64,000 nucleotides of DNA, taken from assembly GCA_964057225.1 (NCBI GenBank), contig OZ059900.1, forward strand, positions 19,840,001 through 19,904,000, written 5' to 3'. The notes under the pieces were generated by a model. That model saw only the letters and a list, made by a program, of their open reading frames with translations, was not told the DNA's origin and searched no databases. Below are positions 10,801-25,200 of the stretch, piece after piece. Origin of the DNA: Auanema rhodensis. Its lineage: Eukaryota > Animalia > Nematoda. The number at the start of each line of letters is the position of its first letter. The stretch's first letter is position 1. A program made the translations under genes and the position numbers.

Positions 10801-13800
10801 TTTCTAACCCCTGTTTTTTTGTCGTGAAAGTGGAACTAGACGTTGTACGAACAATTTTGAGCTAGGTTTCATTGACATTGCATGAGTTTGAACACATGAA
10901 ATCGTAAGTCAAAACCTTGTTTACAGCGAAATTTCCAAAAACTGGTTTTCCAGCATAATAAAATATTTCTCATGGGAAATACTGTGTTTTTGTATTTTTC
11001 TAGTGTTCAGCATGTAAAATGCTTCATTTTAGTATGTAACACGCTGAAATTCGTTGCATTTGACGAATCATATGAACAAAAATCGATTTAATCAATATTA
11101 GCCATAAGGGGCGTGCCCTCAGAATATGCTAATTTCCTTAATTTTCTAACCCCTGTTTTTTTGTCGTGAAAGTGGAACTAGACGTTGTACGAACAATTTT
11201 GAGCTAGGTTTCATTGACATTGCATGAGTTTGAACACATGAAATCGTAAGTCAAAACCTTGTTTACAGCGAAATTTCCAAAAACTGGTTTTTCAGCATAA
11301 TAAAATATTTCTCATGGGAAATACTGTGTTTTTGTATTTTTCTAGTGTTCAGCATGTAAAATGCTTCATTTTAGTATGTAACACGCTGAAATTCGTTGCA
11401 TTTGACGACTCATATGAACAAAAATCGATTTAATCAATATTAGCCATAAGGGGCGTGCCCTCAGAATATGCTAATTTCCTTAGTTTTCTAACCCCTGTTT
11501 TTTTGTCGTGAAAGTGGAACTAGACGTTGTACGAACAATTTTGAGCTAGGTTTCATTGACATTGCATGAGTTTGAACACATGAAATCGTAAGTCAAAACC
11601 TTGTTTACAGCGAAATTTCCAAAAACTGGTTTTCCAGCATAATAAAATATTTCTCATGGGAAATACTGTGTTTTTGTATTTTTCTAGTGTTCAGCATGTA
11701 AAATGCTTCATTTTAGTATGTAACACGCTGAAATTCGTTGCATTTGACGACTCATATGAACAAAAATCGATTTAATCAATATTAGCCATAAGGGGCGTGC
11801 CCTCAGAATATGCTAATTTCCTTAATTTTCTAACCCCTGTTTTTTTGTCGTGAAAGTGGAACTAGACGTTGTACGAACATTTTTGAGCTATGTTTCATTG
11901 ACATTGCATGAGTTTGAACACATGAAATCGTAAGTCAAAACCTTGTTTACAGCGAAATTTCCAAAAACTGGTTTTCCAGCATAATAAAATATTTCTCATG
12001 GGAAATACTGTGTTTTTGTATTTTTCTAGTGTTCAGCATGTAAAATGCTTCATTTTAGTATGTAACACGCTGAAATTCGTTGCATTTGACGACTCATATG
12101 AACAAAAATCGATTTAATCAATATTAGCCATAAGGGGCGTGCCCTCAGAATATGCTAATTTCCTTAATTTTCTAACCCCTGTTTTTTTGTCGTGAAAGTG
12201 GAACTAGACGTTGTACGAACAATTTTGAGCTAGGTTTCATTGACATTGCATGAGTTTGAACACATGAAATCGTAAGTCAAAACCTTGTTTACAGCGAAAT
12301 TTCCAAAAACTGGTTTTCCAGCATAATAAAATATTTCTCATGGGAAATACTGTGTTTTTGTATTTTTCTAGTGTTCAGCATGTAAAATACTTCCTTTTAG
12401 TATGTAACACGCTGAAATTCGTTGCATTTGACGACTCATATGAACAAAAATCGATTTAATCAATATTAGCCATAAGGGGCGTGCCCTCAGAATATGCTAA
12501 TTTCCTTAGTTTTCTAACCCCTGTTTTTTTGTCGTGAAAGTGGAACTAGACGTTGTACGAACAATTTTGAGCTATGTTTCATTGACATTGCATGAGTTTG
12601 AACACATGAAATCGTAAGTCAAAACCTTGTTTACAGCGAAATTTCCAAAAACTGGTTTTCCAGCATAATAAAATATTTCTCATGGGAAATACTGTGTTTT
12701 TGTATTTTTCTAGTGTTCAGCATGTAAAATGCTTCATTTTAGTATGTAACACGCTGAAATTCGTTGCATTTGACGACTCATATGAACAAAAATCGATTTA
12801 ATCAATATTAGCCATAAGGGGCGTGCCCTCAGAATATGCTAATTTCCTTAATTTTCTAACCCCTGTTTTTTTGTCGTGAAAGTGGAACTAGACGTTGTAC
12901 GAACAATTTTGAGCTAGGTTTCATTGACATTGCATGAGTTTGAACACATGAAATCGTAAGTCAAAACCTTGTTTACAGCGAAATTTCCAAAAACTGGTTT
13001 TCCAGCATAATAAAATATTTCTCATGAGAAATACTGTGTTTTTGTATTTTTCTAGTGTTCAGCATGTAAAATGCTTCATTTTAGTATGTAACACGCTGAA
13101 ATTCGTTGCATTTGACGACTCATATGAACAAAAATCGATTTAATCAATATTAGCCATAAGGGGCGTGCCCTCAGAATATGCTAATTTCCTTAATTTTCTA
13201 ACCCCTGTTTTTTTGTCGTGAAAGTGGAACTAGACGTTGTACGAACAATTTTGAGCTAGGTTTCATTGACATTGCATGAGTTTGAACACATGAAATCGTA
13301 AGTCAAAACCTTGTTTACAGCGAAATTTCCAAAAACTGGTTTTCCAGCATAATAAAATATTTCTCATGGGAAATACTGTGTTTTTGTATTTTTCTAGTGT
13401 TCAGCATGTAAAATGCTTCATTTTAGTATGTAACACGCTGAAATTCGTTGCATTTGACGACTCATATGAACAAAAATCGATTTAATCAATATTAGCCATA
13501 AGGGGCGTGCCCTCAGAATATGCTAATTTCCTTAATTTTCTAACCCTTGTTTTTTTGTCGTGAAAGTGGAACTAGACGTTGTACGAACAATTTTGAGCTA
13601 GGTTTCATTGACATTGCATGAGTTTGAACACATGAAATCGTAAGTCAAAACCTTGTTTACAGCGAAATTTCCAAAAACTGGTTTTCCAGCATAATAAAAT
13701 ATTTCTCATGGGAAATACTGTGTTTTTGTATTTTTCTAGTGTTCAGCATGTAAAATGCTTCATTTTAGTATGTAACACGCTGAAATTCGTTGCATTTGAC

Positions 13801-16414
13801 GACTCATATGAAGAAAAATCGATTTAATCAATATTAGCCATAAGGGGCGTGCCCTCAGAATATGCTAATTTCCTTAATTTTCTAACCCCTGTTTTTTTGT
13901 CGTGAAAGTGGAACTAGACGTTGTACGAACAATTTTGAGCTAGGTTTCATTGACATTGCATGAGTTTGAACACATGAAATCGTAAGTCAAAACCTTGTTT
14001 ACAGCGAAATTTCCAAAAACTGGTTTTCCAGCATAATAAAATATTTCTCATGGGAAATACTGTGTTTTTGTATTTTTATAGTGTTCAGCATGTAAAATGC
14101 TTCATTTTAGTATGTAACACGCTGAAATTCGTTGCATTTGACGACTCATATGAACAAAAATCGATTTAATCAATATTAGCCATAAGGGGCGTGCCCTCAG
14201 AATATGCTAATTTCCTTAATTTTCTAACCCTTGTTTTTTTGTCGTGAAAGTGGAACTAGACGTTGTACGAACAATTTTGAGTTAGGTTTCATTGACATTG
14301 CATGAGTTTGAACACATGAAATCGTAAGTCAAAACCTTGTTTACAGCGAAATTTCCAAAAACTGGTTTTCCAGCATAATAAAATATTTCTCATGGGAAAT
14401 ACTGTGTTTTTGTATTTTTCTAGTGTTCAGCATGTAAAATGCTTCATTTTAGTATGTAACACGCTGAAATTCGTTGCATTTGACGACTCATATGAACAAA
14501 AATCGATTTAATCAATATTAGCCATAAGGGGCGTGCCCTCAGAATATGCTAATTTCCTTAATTTTCTAACCCCTGTTTTTTGTCGTGAAAGTGGAACTAG
14601 ACGTTGTACGAACAATTTTGAGCTAGGTTTCATTGACATTGCATGAGTTTGAACACATGAAATCGTAAGTCAAAACCTTGTTTACAGCGAAATTTCCAAA
14701 AACTGGTTTTCCAGCATAATAAAATATTTCTCATGGGAAATACTGTGTTTTTGTATTTTTATAGTGTTCAGCATGTAAAATGCTTCATTTTAGTATGTAA
14801 CACGCTGAAATTCGTTGCATTTGACGACTCATATGAACAAAAATCGATTTAATCAATATTAGCCATAAGGGGCGTGCCCTCAGAATATGCTAATTTCCTT
14901 AATTTTCTAACCCTTGTTTTTTTGTCGTGAAAGTGGAACTAGACGTTGTACGAACAATTTTGACCTAGGTTTCATTGACATTGCATGAGTTTGAACACAT
15001 GAAATCGTAAGTCAAAACCTTGTTTACAGCGAAATTTCCAAAAACTGGTTTTCCAGCATAATAAAATATTTCTCATGGGAAATACTGTGTTTTTGTATTT
15101 TTCTAGTGTTCAGCATGTAAAATGCTTCATTTTAGTATGTAACACGCTGAAATTCGTTGCATTTGACGACTCATATGAACAAAAATCGATTTAATCAATA
15201 TTAGCCATAAGGGGCGTGCCCTCAGAATATGCTAATTTCCTTAATTTTCTAACCCCTGTTTTTTTGTCGTGAAAGTGGAACTAGACGTTGTACGAACAAT
15301 TTTGAGCTAGGTTTCATTGACATTGCATGAGTTTGAACACATGAAATCGTAAGTCAAAACCTTGTTTACAGCGAAATTTCCAAAAACTGGTTTTCCAGCA
15401 TAATAAAATATTTCTCATGGGAAATACTGTGTTTTTGTATTTTTCTAGTGTTCAGCATGTAAAATGCTTCATTTTAGTATGTAACACGCTGAAATTCTTG
15501 CATTTGACGACTCATATGAACAAAAATCGATTTAATCAATATTAGCCATAAGGGGCGTGCCCTCAGAATATGCTAATTTCCTTAATTTTCTAACCCCTGT
15601 TTTTTTGTCGTGAAAGTGGAACTAGACGTTGTACGAACAATTTTGAGCTAGGTTTCATTGACATTGCATGAGTTTGAACACATGAAATCGTAAGTCAAAA
15701 CCTTGTTTACAGCGAAATTTCCAAAAACTGGTTTTCCAGCATAATAAAATATTTCTCATGGGAAATACTGTGTTTTTGTATTTTTCTAGTGTTCAGCATG
15801 TAAAATGCTTCATTTTAGTATGTAACACGCTGAAATTTGTTGCATTTGACGACTCATATGAACAAAAATCGATTTAATCAATATTAGCCATAAGGGGCGT
15901 GCCCTCAGAATATGCTAATTTCCTTAATTTTCTAACCCCTGTTTTTTTGTCGTGAAAGTGGAACTAGACGTTGTACGAACAATTTCGAGCTATGTTTCAT
16001 TGACATTGCATGAGTTTGAACACATGAAATCGTAAGTCAAAACCTTGTTTACAGCGAAATTTCCAAAAACTGGTTTTCCAGCATAATAAAATATTTCTCA
16101 TGGGAAATACTGTGTTTTTGTATTTTTCTAGTGTTCAGCATGTAAAATGCTTCATTTTAGTATGTAACACGCTGAAATTCGTTGCATTTGACGACTCATA
16201 TGAACAAAAATCGATTTAATCAATATTAGCCATAAGGGGCGTGCCCTCAGAATATGCTAATTTCCTTAATTTTCTAACCCCTGTTTTTTTGTCGTGAAAG
16301 TGGAACTAGACGTTGTACGAACAATTTTGAGCTAGGTTTCATTGACATTGCATGAGTTTGAACACATGAAATCGTAAGTCAAAACCTTGTTTACAGCGAA
16401 ATTTCCAAAAACTG

Positions 16415-19400
16415 GTTTTCCAGCATAATAAAATATTTCTCATGGGAAATACTGTGTTTTTGTATTTTTATAGTGTTCAGCATGTAAAATGCTTCATTTT
16501 AGTATGTAACACGCTGAAATTCGTTGCATTTGACGACTCATATGAACAAAAATCGATTTAATCAATATTAGCCATAAGGGGCGTGCCCTCAGAATATGCT
16601 AATTTCCTTAATTTTCTAACCCTTGTTTTTTTGTCGTGAAAGTGGAACTAGACGTTGTACGAACAATTTTGAGCTAGGTTTCATTGACATTGCATGAGTT
16701 TGAACACATGAAATCGTAAGTCAAAACCTTGTTTAAAGCGAAATTTCCAAAAACTGGTTTTCCAGCATAATAAAATATTTCTCATGGGAAATACTGTGTT
16801 TTTGTATTTTTCTAGTGTTCAGCATGTAAAATGCTTTATTTAAGTATGTAACACGCTGAAATTCTTTGCATTTGACGACTCATATGAACAAAAATCGATT
16901 TAATCAATATTAGCCATAAGGGGCGTGCCCTCAGAATATGCTAATTTCCTTAATTTTCTAACCCCTGTTTTTTTGTCGTGAAAGTGGAACTAGACGTTGT
17001 ACGAACAATTTTGAGCTAGGTTTCATTGACATTGCATGAGTTTGAACACATGAAATCGTAAGTCAAAACCTTGTTTACAGCGAAATTTCCAAAAACTGGT
17101 TTTCCAGCATAATAAAATATTTCTCATGGGAAATACTGTGTTTTTGTATTTTTCTAGTGTTCAGCATGTAAAATGCTTCATTTTAGTATGTAACACGCTG
17201 AAATTCGTTGCATTTGACGACTCATATGAACAAAAATCGATTTAATCAATATTAGCCATAAGGGGCGTGCCCTCAGAATATGCTAATTTCCTTAATTTTC
17301 TAACCCTTGTTTTTTTGTCGTGAAAGTGGAACTAGACGTTGTACGAACAATTTTGAGCTAGGTTTCATTGACATTGCATGAGTTTGAACACATGAAATCG
17401 TAAGTCAAAACCTTGTTTACAGCGAAATTTCCAAAAACTGGTTTTCCAGCATAATAAAATATTTCTCATGGGAAATACTGTGTTTTTGTATTTTTCTAGT
17501 GTTCAGCATGTAAAATGCTTCATTTTAGTATGTAACACGCTGAAATTCGTTGCATTTGACGACTCATATGAACAAAAATCGATTTAATCAATATTAGCCA
17601 TAAGGGGCGTGCCCTCAGAATATGCTAATTTCCTAAATTTTCTAACCCCTGTTTTTTTGTCGTGAAAGTGGAACTAGACGTTGTACGAACAATTTTGAGC
17701 TAGGTTTCATTGACATTGCATGAGTTTGAACACATGAAATCGTAAGTCAAAACCTTGTTTACAGCGAAATTTCCAAAAACTGGTTTTCCAGCATAATAAA
17801 ATATTTCTCATGGGAAATACTGTGTTTTTGTATTTTTATAGTGTTCAGCATGTAAAATGCTTCATTTTAGTATGTAACACGCTGAAATTCGTTGCATTTG
17901 ACGACTCATATGAACAAAAATCGATTTAATCAATATTAGCCATAAGGGGCGTGCCCTCAGAATATGCTAATTTCCTTAATTTTCTAACCCTTGTTTTTTT
18001 GTCGTGAAAGTGGAACTAGACGTTGTACAAACAATTTTGAGCTAGGTTTCATTGACATTGCATGAGTTTGAACACATGAAATCGTAAGTCAAAACCTTGT
18101 TTACAGCGAAATTTCCAAAAACTGGTTTTCCAGCATAATAAAATATTTCTCATGGGAAATACTGTGTTTTTGTATTTTTCTAGTGTTCAGCATGTAAAAT
18201 GCTTCATTTTAGTATGTAACACGCTGAAATTCGTTGCATTTGACGACTCATATGAACAAAAATCGATTTAATCAATATTAGCCATAAGGGGCGTGCCCTC
18301 AGAATATGCTAATTTCCTTAATTTTCTAACCCCTGTTTTTTTGTCGTGAAAGTGGAACTAGACGTTGTACGAACAATTTTGAGCTAGGTTTCATTGACAT
18401 TGCATGAGTTTGAACACATGAAATCGTAAGTCAAAACCTTGTTTACAGCGAAATTTCCAAAAACTGGTTTTCCAGCATAATAAAATATTTCTCATGGGAA
18501 ATACTGTGTTTTTGTATTTTTCTAGTGTTCAGCATGTAAAATGCTTCATTTTAGTATGTAACACGCTGAAATTCGTTGCATTTGACGACTCATATGAACA
18601 AAAATCGATTTAATCAATATTAGCCATAAGGGGCGTGCCCTCAGAATATGCTAATTTCCTTAATTTTCTAACCCCTGTTTTTTTGTCGTGAAAGTGGAAC
18701 TAGACGTTGTACGAACAATTTTGAGCTAGGTTTCATTGACATTGCATGAGTTTGAACACATGAAATCGTAAGTCAAAACCTTGTTTACAGCGAAATTTCC
18801 AAAAACTGGTTTTCCAGCATAATAAAATATTTCTCATGGGAAATACTGTGTTTTTGTATTTTTCTAGTGTTCAGCATGTAAAATGCTTCATTTTAGTATG
18901 TAACACGCTGAAAGTCGTTGCATTTGACGACTCATATGAACAAAAATCGATTTAATCAATATTAGCCATAAGGGGCGTGCCCTCAGAATATGCTAATTTC
19001 CTTAGTTTTCTAACCCCTGTTTTTTTGTCGTGAAAGTGGAACTAGACGTTGTACGAACAATTTTGAGCTAGGTTTCATTGACATTGCATGAGTTTGAACA
19101 CATGAAATCGTAAGTCAAAACCTTGTTTACAGCGAAATTTCCAAAAACTGGTTTTCCAGCATAATAAAATATTTCTCATGGGAAATACTGTGTTTTTGTA
19201 TTTTTCTAGTGTTCAGCATGTAAAATGCTTCATTTTAGTATGTAACACGCTGAAATTCGTTGCATTTGACGACTCATATGAACAAAAATCGATTTAATCA
19301 ATATTAGCCATAAGGGGCGTGCCCTCAGAATATGCTAATTTCCTTTATTTTCTAACCCCTGTTTTTTTGTCGTGAAAGTGGAACTAGACGTTGTACGAAC

Positions 19401-22228
19401 AATTTTGAGCTAGGTTTCATTGACATTGCATGAGTTTGAACACATGAAATCGTAAGTCAAAACCTTGTTTACAGCGAAATTTCCAAAAACTGGTTTTCCA
19501 GCATAATAAAATATTTCTCATGGGAAATACTGTGTTTTTGTTATTTTATAGTGTTCAGCATGTAAAATGCTTCATTTTAGTATGTAACACGCTGAAATTC
19601 GTTGCATTTGACGACTCATATGAACAAAAATCGATTTAATCAATATTAGCCATAAGGGGCGTGCCCTCAGAATATGCTAATTTCCTTAATTTTCTAACCC
19701 TTGTTTTTTTGTCGTGAAAGTGGAACTAGACGTTGTACGAACAATTTTGAGCTAGGTTTCATTGACATTGCATGAGTTTGAACACATGAAATCGTAAGTC
19801 AAAACCTTGTTTACAGCGAAATTTCCAAAAACTGGTTTTCCAGCATAATAAAATATTTCTCATGGGAAATACTGTGTTTTTGTATTTTTCTAGTGTTCAG
19901 CATGTAAAATGCTTCATTTAAGTATGTAACACGCTGAAATTCTTTGCATTTGACGACTCATATGAACAAAAATCGATTTAATCAATATTAGCCATAAGGG
20001 GCGTGCCCTCAGAATATGCTAATTTCCTTAATTTTCTAACCCCTGTTTTTTTGTCGTGAAAGTGGAACTAGACGTTGTACGAACAATTTTGAGCTAGGTT
20101 TCATTGACATTGCATGAGTTTGAACACATGAAATCGTAAGTCAAAACCTTGTTTACAGCGAAATTTCCAAAAACTGGTTTTCCAGCATAATAAAATATTT
20201 CTCATGGGAAATACTGTGTTTTTGTATTTTTCTAGTGTTCAGCATGTAAAATGCTTCATTTTAGTATGTAACACGCTGAAATTCGTTGCATTTGACGACT
20301 CATATGAACAAAAATCGATTTAATCAATATTAGCCATAAGGGGCGTGCCCTCAGAATATGCTAATTTCCTTAATTTTCTAACCCTTGTTTTTTTGTCGTG
20401 AAAGTGGAACTAGACGTTGTACGAACAATTTTGAGCTAGGTTTCATTGACATTGCATGAGTTTGAACACATGAAATCGTAAGTCAAAACCTTGTTTACAG
20501 CGAAATTTCCAAAAACTGGTTTTCCAGCATAATAAAATATTTCTCATGGGAAATACTGTGTTTTTGTATTTTTCTAGTGTTCAGCATGTAAAATGCTTCA
20601 TTTTAGTATGTAACACGCTGAAATTCGTTGCATTTGACGACTCATATGAACAAAAATCGATTTAATCAATATTAGCCATAAGGGGCGTGCCCTCAGAATA
20701 TGCTAATTTCCTAAATTTTCTAACCCCTGTTTTTTTGTCGTGAAAGTGGAACTAGACGTTGTACGAACAATTTTGAGCTAGGTTTCATTGACATTGCATG
20801 AGTTTGAACACATGAAATCGTAAGTCAAAACCTTGTTTACAGCGAAATTTCCAAAAACTGGTTTTCCAGCATAATAAAATATTTCTCATGGGAAATACTG
20901 TGTTTTTGTATTTTTATAGTGTTCAGCATGTAAAATGCTTCATTTTAGTATGTAACACGCTGAAATTCGTTGCATTTGACGACTCATATGAACAAAAATC
21001 GATTTAATCAATATTAGCCATAAGGGGCGTGCCCTCAGAATATGCTAATTTCCTTAATTTTCTAACCCTTGTTTTTTTGTCGTGAAAGTGGAACTAGACG
21101 TTGTACAAACAATTTTGAGCTAGGTTTCATTGACATTGCATGAGTTTGAACACATGAAATCGTAAGTCAAAACCTTGTTTACAGCGAAATTTCCAAAAAC
21201 TGGTTTTCCAGCATAATAAAATATTTCTCATGGGAAATACTGTGTTTTTGTATTTTTCTAGTGTTCAGCATGTAAAATGCTTCATTTTAGTATGTAACAC
21301 GCTGAAATTCGTTGCATTTGACGACTCATATGAACAAAAATCGATTTAATCAATATTAGCCATAAGGGGCGTGCCCTCAGAATATGCTAATTTCCTTAAT
21401 TTTCTAACCCCTGTTTTTTTGTCGTGAAAGTGGAACTAGACGTTGTACGAACAATTTTGAGCTAGGTTTCATTGACATTGCATGAGTTTGAACACATGAA
21501 ATCGTAAGTCAAAACCTTGTTTACAGCGAAATTTCCAAAAACTGGTTTTCCAGCATAATAAAATATTTCTCATGGGAAATACTGTGTTTTTGTATTTTTC
21601 TAGTGTTCAGCATGTAAAATGCTTCATTTTAGTATGTAACACGCTGAAATTCGTTGCATTTGACGACTCATATGAACAAAAATCGATTTAATCAATATTA
21701 GCCATAAGGGGCGTGCCCTCAGAATATGCTAATTTCCTTAATTTTCTAACCCCTGTTTTTTTGTCGTGAAAGTGGAACTAGACGTTGTACGAACAAATTT
21801 GAGCTAGGTTTCATTGACATTGCATGAGTTTGAACACATGAAATCGTAAGTCAAAACCTTGTTTACAGCGAAATTTCCAAAAACTGGTTTTCCAGCATAA
21901 TAAAATATTTCTCATGGGAAATACTGTGTTTTTGTATTTTTCTAGTGTTCAGCATGTAAAATGCTTCATTTTAGTATGTAACACGCTGAAAGTCGTTGCA
22001 TTTGACGACTCATATGAACAAAAATCGATTTAATCAATATTAGCCATAAGGGGCGTGCCCTCAGAATATGCTAATTTCCTTAGTTTTCTAACCCCTGTTT
22101 TTTTGTCGTGAAAGTGGAACTAGACGTTGTACGAACAATTTTGAGCTAGGTTTCATTGACATTGCATGAGTTTGAACACATGAAATCGTAAGTCAAAACC
22201 TTGTTTACAGCGAAATTTCCAAAAACTG
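16415..22228 (+). repeat. Tandem 9-monomer-period (3078-bp) duplication
   Basis: M49-56 vs M58-65: C56A+C209T; T86A+G109T; C209T; T195A; C56A+C209T+G247A; consensus; consensus; T106G+A197G. Confidence 0.88.
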
Positions 22229-25200
22229 GTTTTCCAGCATAATAAAATATTTCTCATGGGAAATACTGTGTTTTTGTATTTTTCTAGTGTTCAGCATGTA
22301 AAATGCTTCATTTTAGTATGTAACACGCTAAAATTCGTTGCATTTGACGACTCATATGAACAAAAATCGATTTAATCAATATTAGCCATAAGGGGCGTGC
22401 CCTCAGAATATGCTAATTTCCTTAATTTTCTAACCCCTGTTGTTTTGTCGTGAAAGTGGAACTAGACGTTGTACGAACAATTTTGAGCTAGGTTTCATTG
22501 ACATTGCATGAGTTTGAACACATGAAATCGTAAGTCAAAACCTTGTTTACAGCGAAATTTCCAAAAACTGGTTTTCCAGCATAATAAAATATTTCTCATG
22601 GGAAATACTGTGTTTTTGTATTTTTCTAGTGTTCAGCATGTAAAATGCTTCATTTTAGTATGTAACACGCTGAAATTCGTTGCATCTGACGACTCATATG
22701 AACAAAAATCGATTTAATCAATATTAGCCATAAGGGGCGTGCCCTCAGAATATGCTAATTTCCTTAATTTTCTAACCCCTGTTTTTTTGTCGTGAAAGTG
22801 GAACTAGACGTTGTACGAACAATTTTGAGCTAGGTTTCATTGACATTGCATGAGTTTGAACACATGAAATCGTAAGTCAAAACCTTGTTTACAGCGAAAT
22901 TTCCAAAAACTGGTTTTCCAGCATAATAAAATATTTCTCATGGGAAATACTGTGTTTTTGTATTTTTCTAGTGTTCAGCATGTAAAATGCTTCATTTTAG
23001 TATGTAACACGCTGAAAGTCGTTGCATTTGACGACTCATATGAACAAAAATCGATTTAATCAATATTAGCCATAAGGGGCGTGCCCTCAGAATATGCTAA
23101 TTTCCTTAGTTTTCTAACCCCTGTTTTTTTGTCGTGAAAGTGGAACTAGACGTTGTACGAACAATTTTGAGCTAGGTTTCATTGACATTGCATGAGTTTG
23201 AACACATGAAATCGTAAGTCAAAACCTTGTTCACAGCGAAATTTCCAAAAACTGGTTTTCCAGCATAATAAAATATTTCTCATGGGAAATACTGTGTTTT
23301 TGTATTTTTCTAGTGTTCAGCATGTAAAATGCTTCATTTTAGTATGTAACACGCTGAAATTCGTTGCATTTGACGAATCATATGAACAAAAATCGATTTA
23401 ATCAATATTAGCCATAAGGGGCGTGCCCTCAGAATATGCTAATTTCCTTAATTTTCTAACCCCTGTTTTTTTGTCGTGAAAGTGGAACTAGACGTTGTAC
23501 GAACAATTTTGAGCTAGGTTTCATTGACATTGCATGAGTTTGAACACATGAAATCGTAAGTCAAAACCTTGTTTACAGCGAAATTTCCAAAAACTGGTTT
23601 TCCAGCATAATAAAATATTTCTCATGGGAAATACTGTGTTTTTGTATTTTTCTAGTGTTCAGCATGTAAAATGCTTCATTTTAGTATGTAACACGCTACA
23701 ATTCGTTGCATTTGACGACTCATATGAACAAAAATCGATTTAATCAATATTAGCCATAAGGGGCGTGCCCTCAGAATATGCTAATTTCCTTAATTTTCTA
23801 ACCCCTGTTTTTTTGTCGTGAAAGTGGAACTAGACGTTGTACGAACAATTTTGAGCTAGGTTTCATTGACATTGCATGAGTTTGAACACATGAAATCGTA
23901 AGTCAAAACCTTGTTTACAGCGAAATTTCCAAAAACTGGTTTTCCAGCATAATAAAATATTTCACATGGGAAATACTGTGTTTTTGTATTTTTCTAGTGT
24001 TCAGCATGTAAAATGCTTCATTTTAGTATGTAACACGCTGAAAGTCGTTGCATTTGACGACTCATATGAACAAAAATCGATTTAATCAATATTAGCCATA
24101 AGGGGCGTGCCCTCAGAATATGCTAATTTCCTTAGTTTTCTAACCCCTGTTTTTTTGTCGTGAAAGTGGAACTAGACGTTGTACGAACAATTTTGAGCTA
24201 GGTTTCATTGACATTGCATGAGTTTGAACACATGAAATCGTAAGTCAAAACCTTGTTTACAGCGAAATTTCCAAAAACTGGTTTTCCAGCATAATAAAAT
24301 ATTTCTCATGGGAAATACTGTGTTTTTGTATTTTTCTAGTGTTCAGCATGTAAAATGCTTCATTTTAGTATGTAACACGCTGAAATTCGTTGCATTTGAC
24401 GAATCATATGAACAAAAATCGATTTAATCAATATTAGCCATAAGGGGCGTGCCCTCAGAATATGCTAATTTCCTTAATTTTCTAACCCCTGTTTTTTTGT
24501 CGTGAAAGTGGAACTAGACGTTGTACGAACAATTTTGAGCTAGGTTTCATTGACATTGCATGAGTTTGAACACATGAAATCGTAAGTCAAAACCTTGTTT
24601 ACAGCGAAATTTCCAAAAACTGGTTTTCCAGCATAATAAAATATTTCTCATGGGAAATACTGTGTTTTTGTATTTTTCTAGTGTTCAGCATGTAAAATGC
24701 TTCATTTTAGTATGTAACACGCTGAAATTCGTTGCATTTGACGACTCATATGAACAAAAATCGATTTAATCAATATTAGCCATAAGGGGCGTGCCCTCAG
24801 ACTATGCTAATTTCCTTAGTTTTCTAACCCCTGTTTTTTTGTCGTGAAAGTGGAACTAGACGTTGTACGAACAATTTTGAGCTAGGTTTCATTGACATTG
24901 CATGAGTTTGAACACATGAAATCGTAAGTCAAAACCTTGTTTACAGCGAAATTTCCAAAAACTGGTTTTCCAGCATAATAAAATATTTCTCATGGGAAAT
25001 ACTGTGTTTTTGTATTTTTCTAGTGTTCAGCATGTAAAATGCCTCATTTTAGTATGTAACACGCTGAAATTCGTTGCATTTGACGACTCATATGAACAAA
25101 AATCGATTTAATCAATATTAGCCATAAGGGGCGTGCCCTCAGAATATGCTAATTTCCTTAATTTTCTAACCCCTGTTTTTTTGTCGTGAAAGTGGAACTA

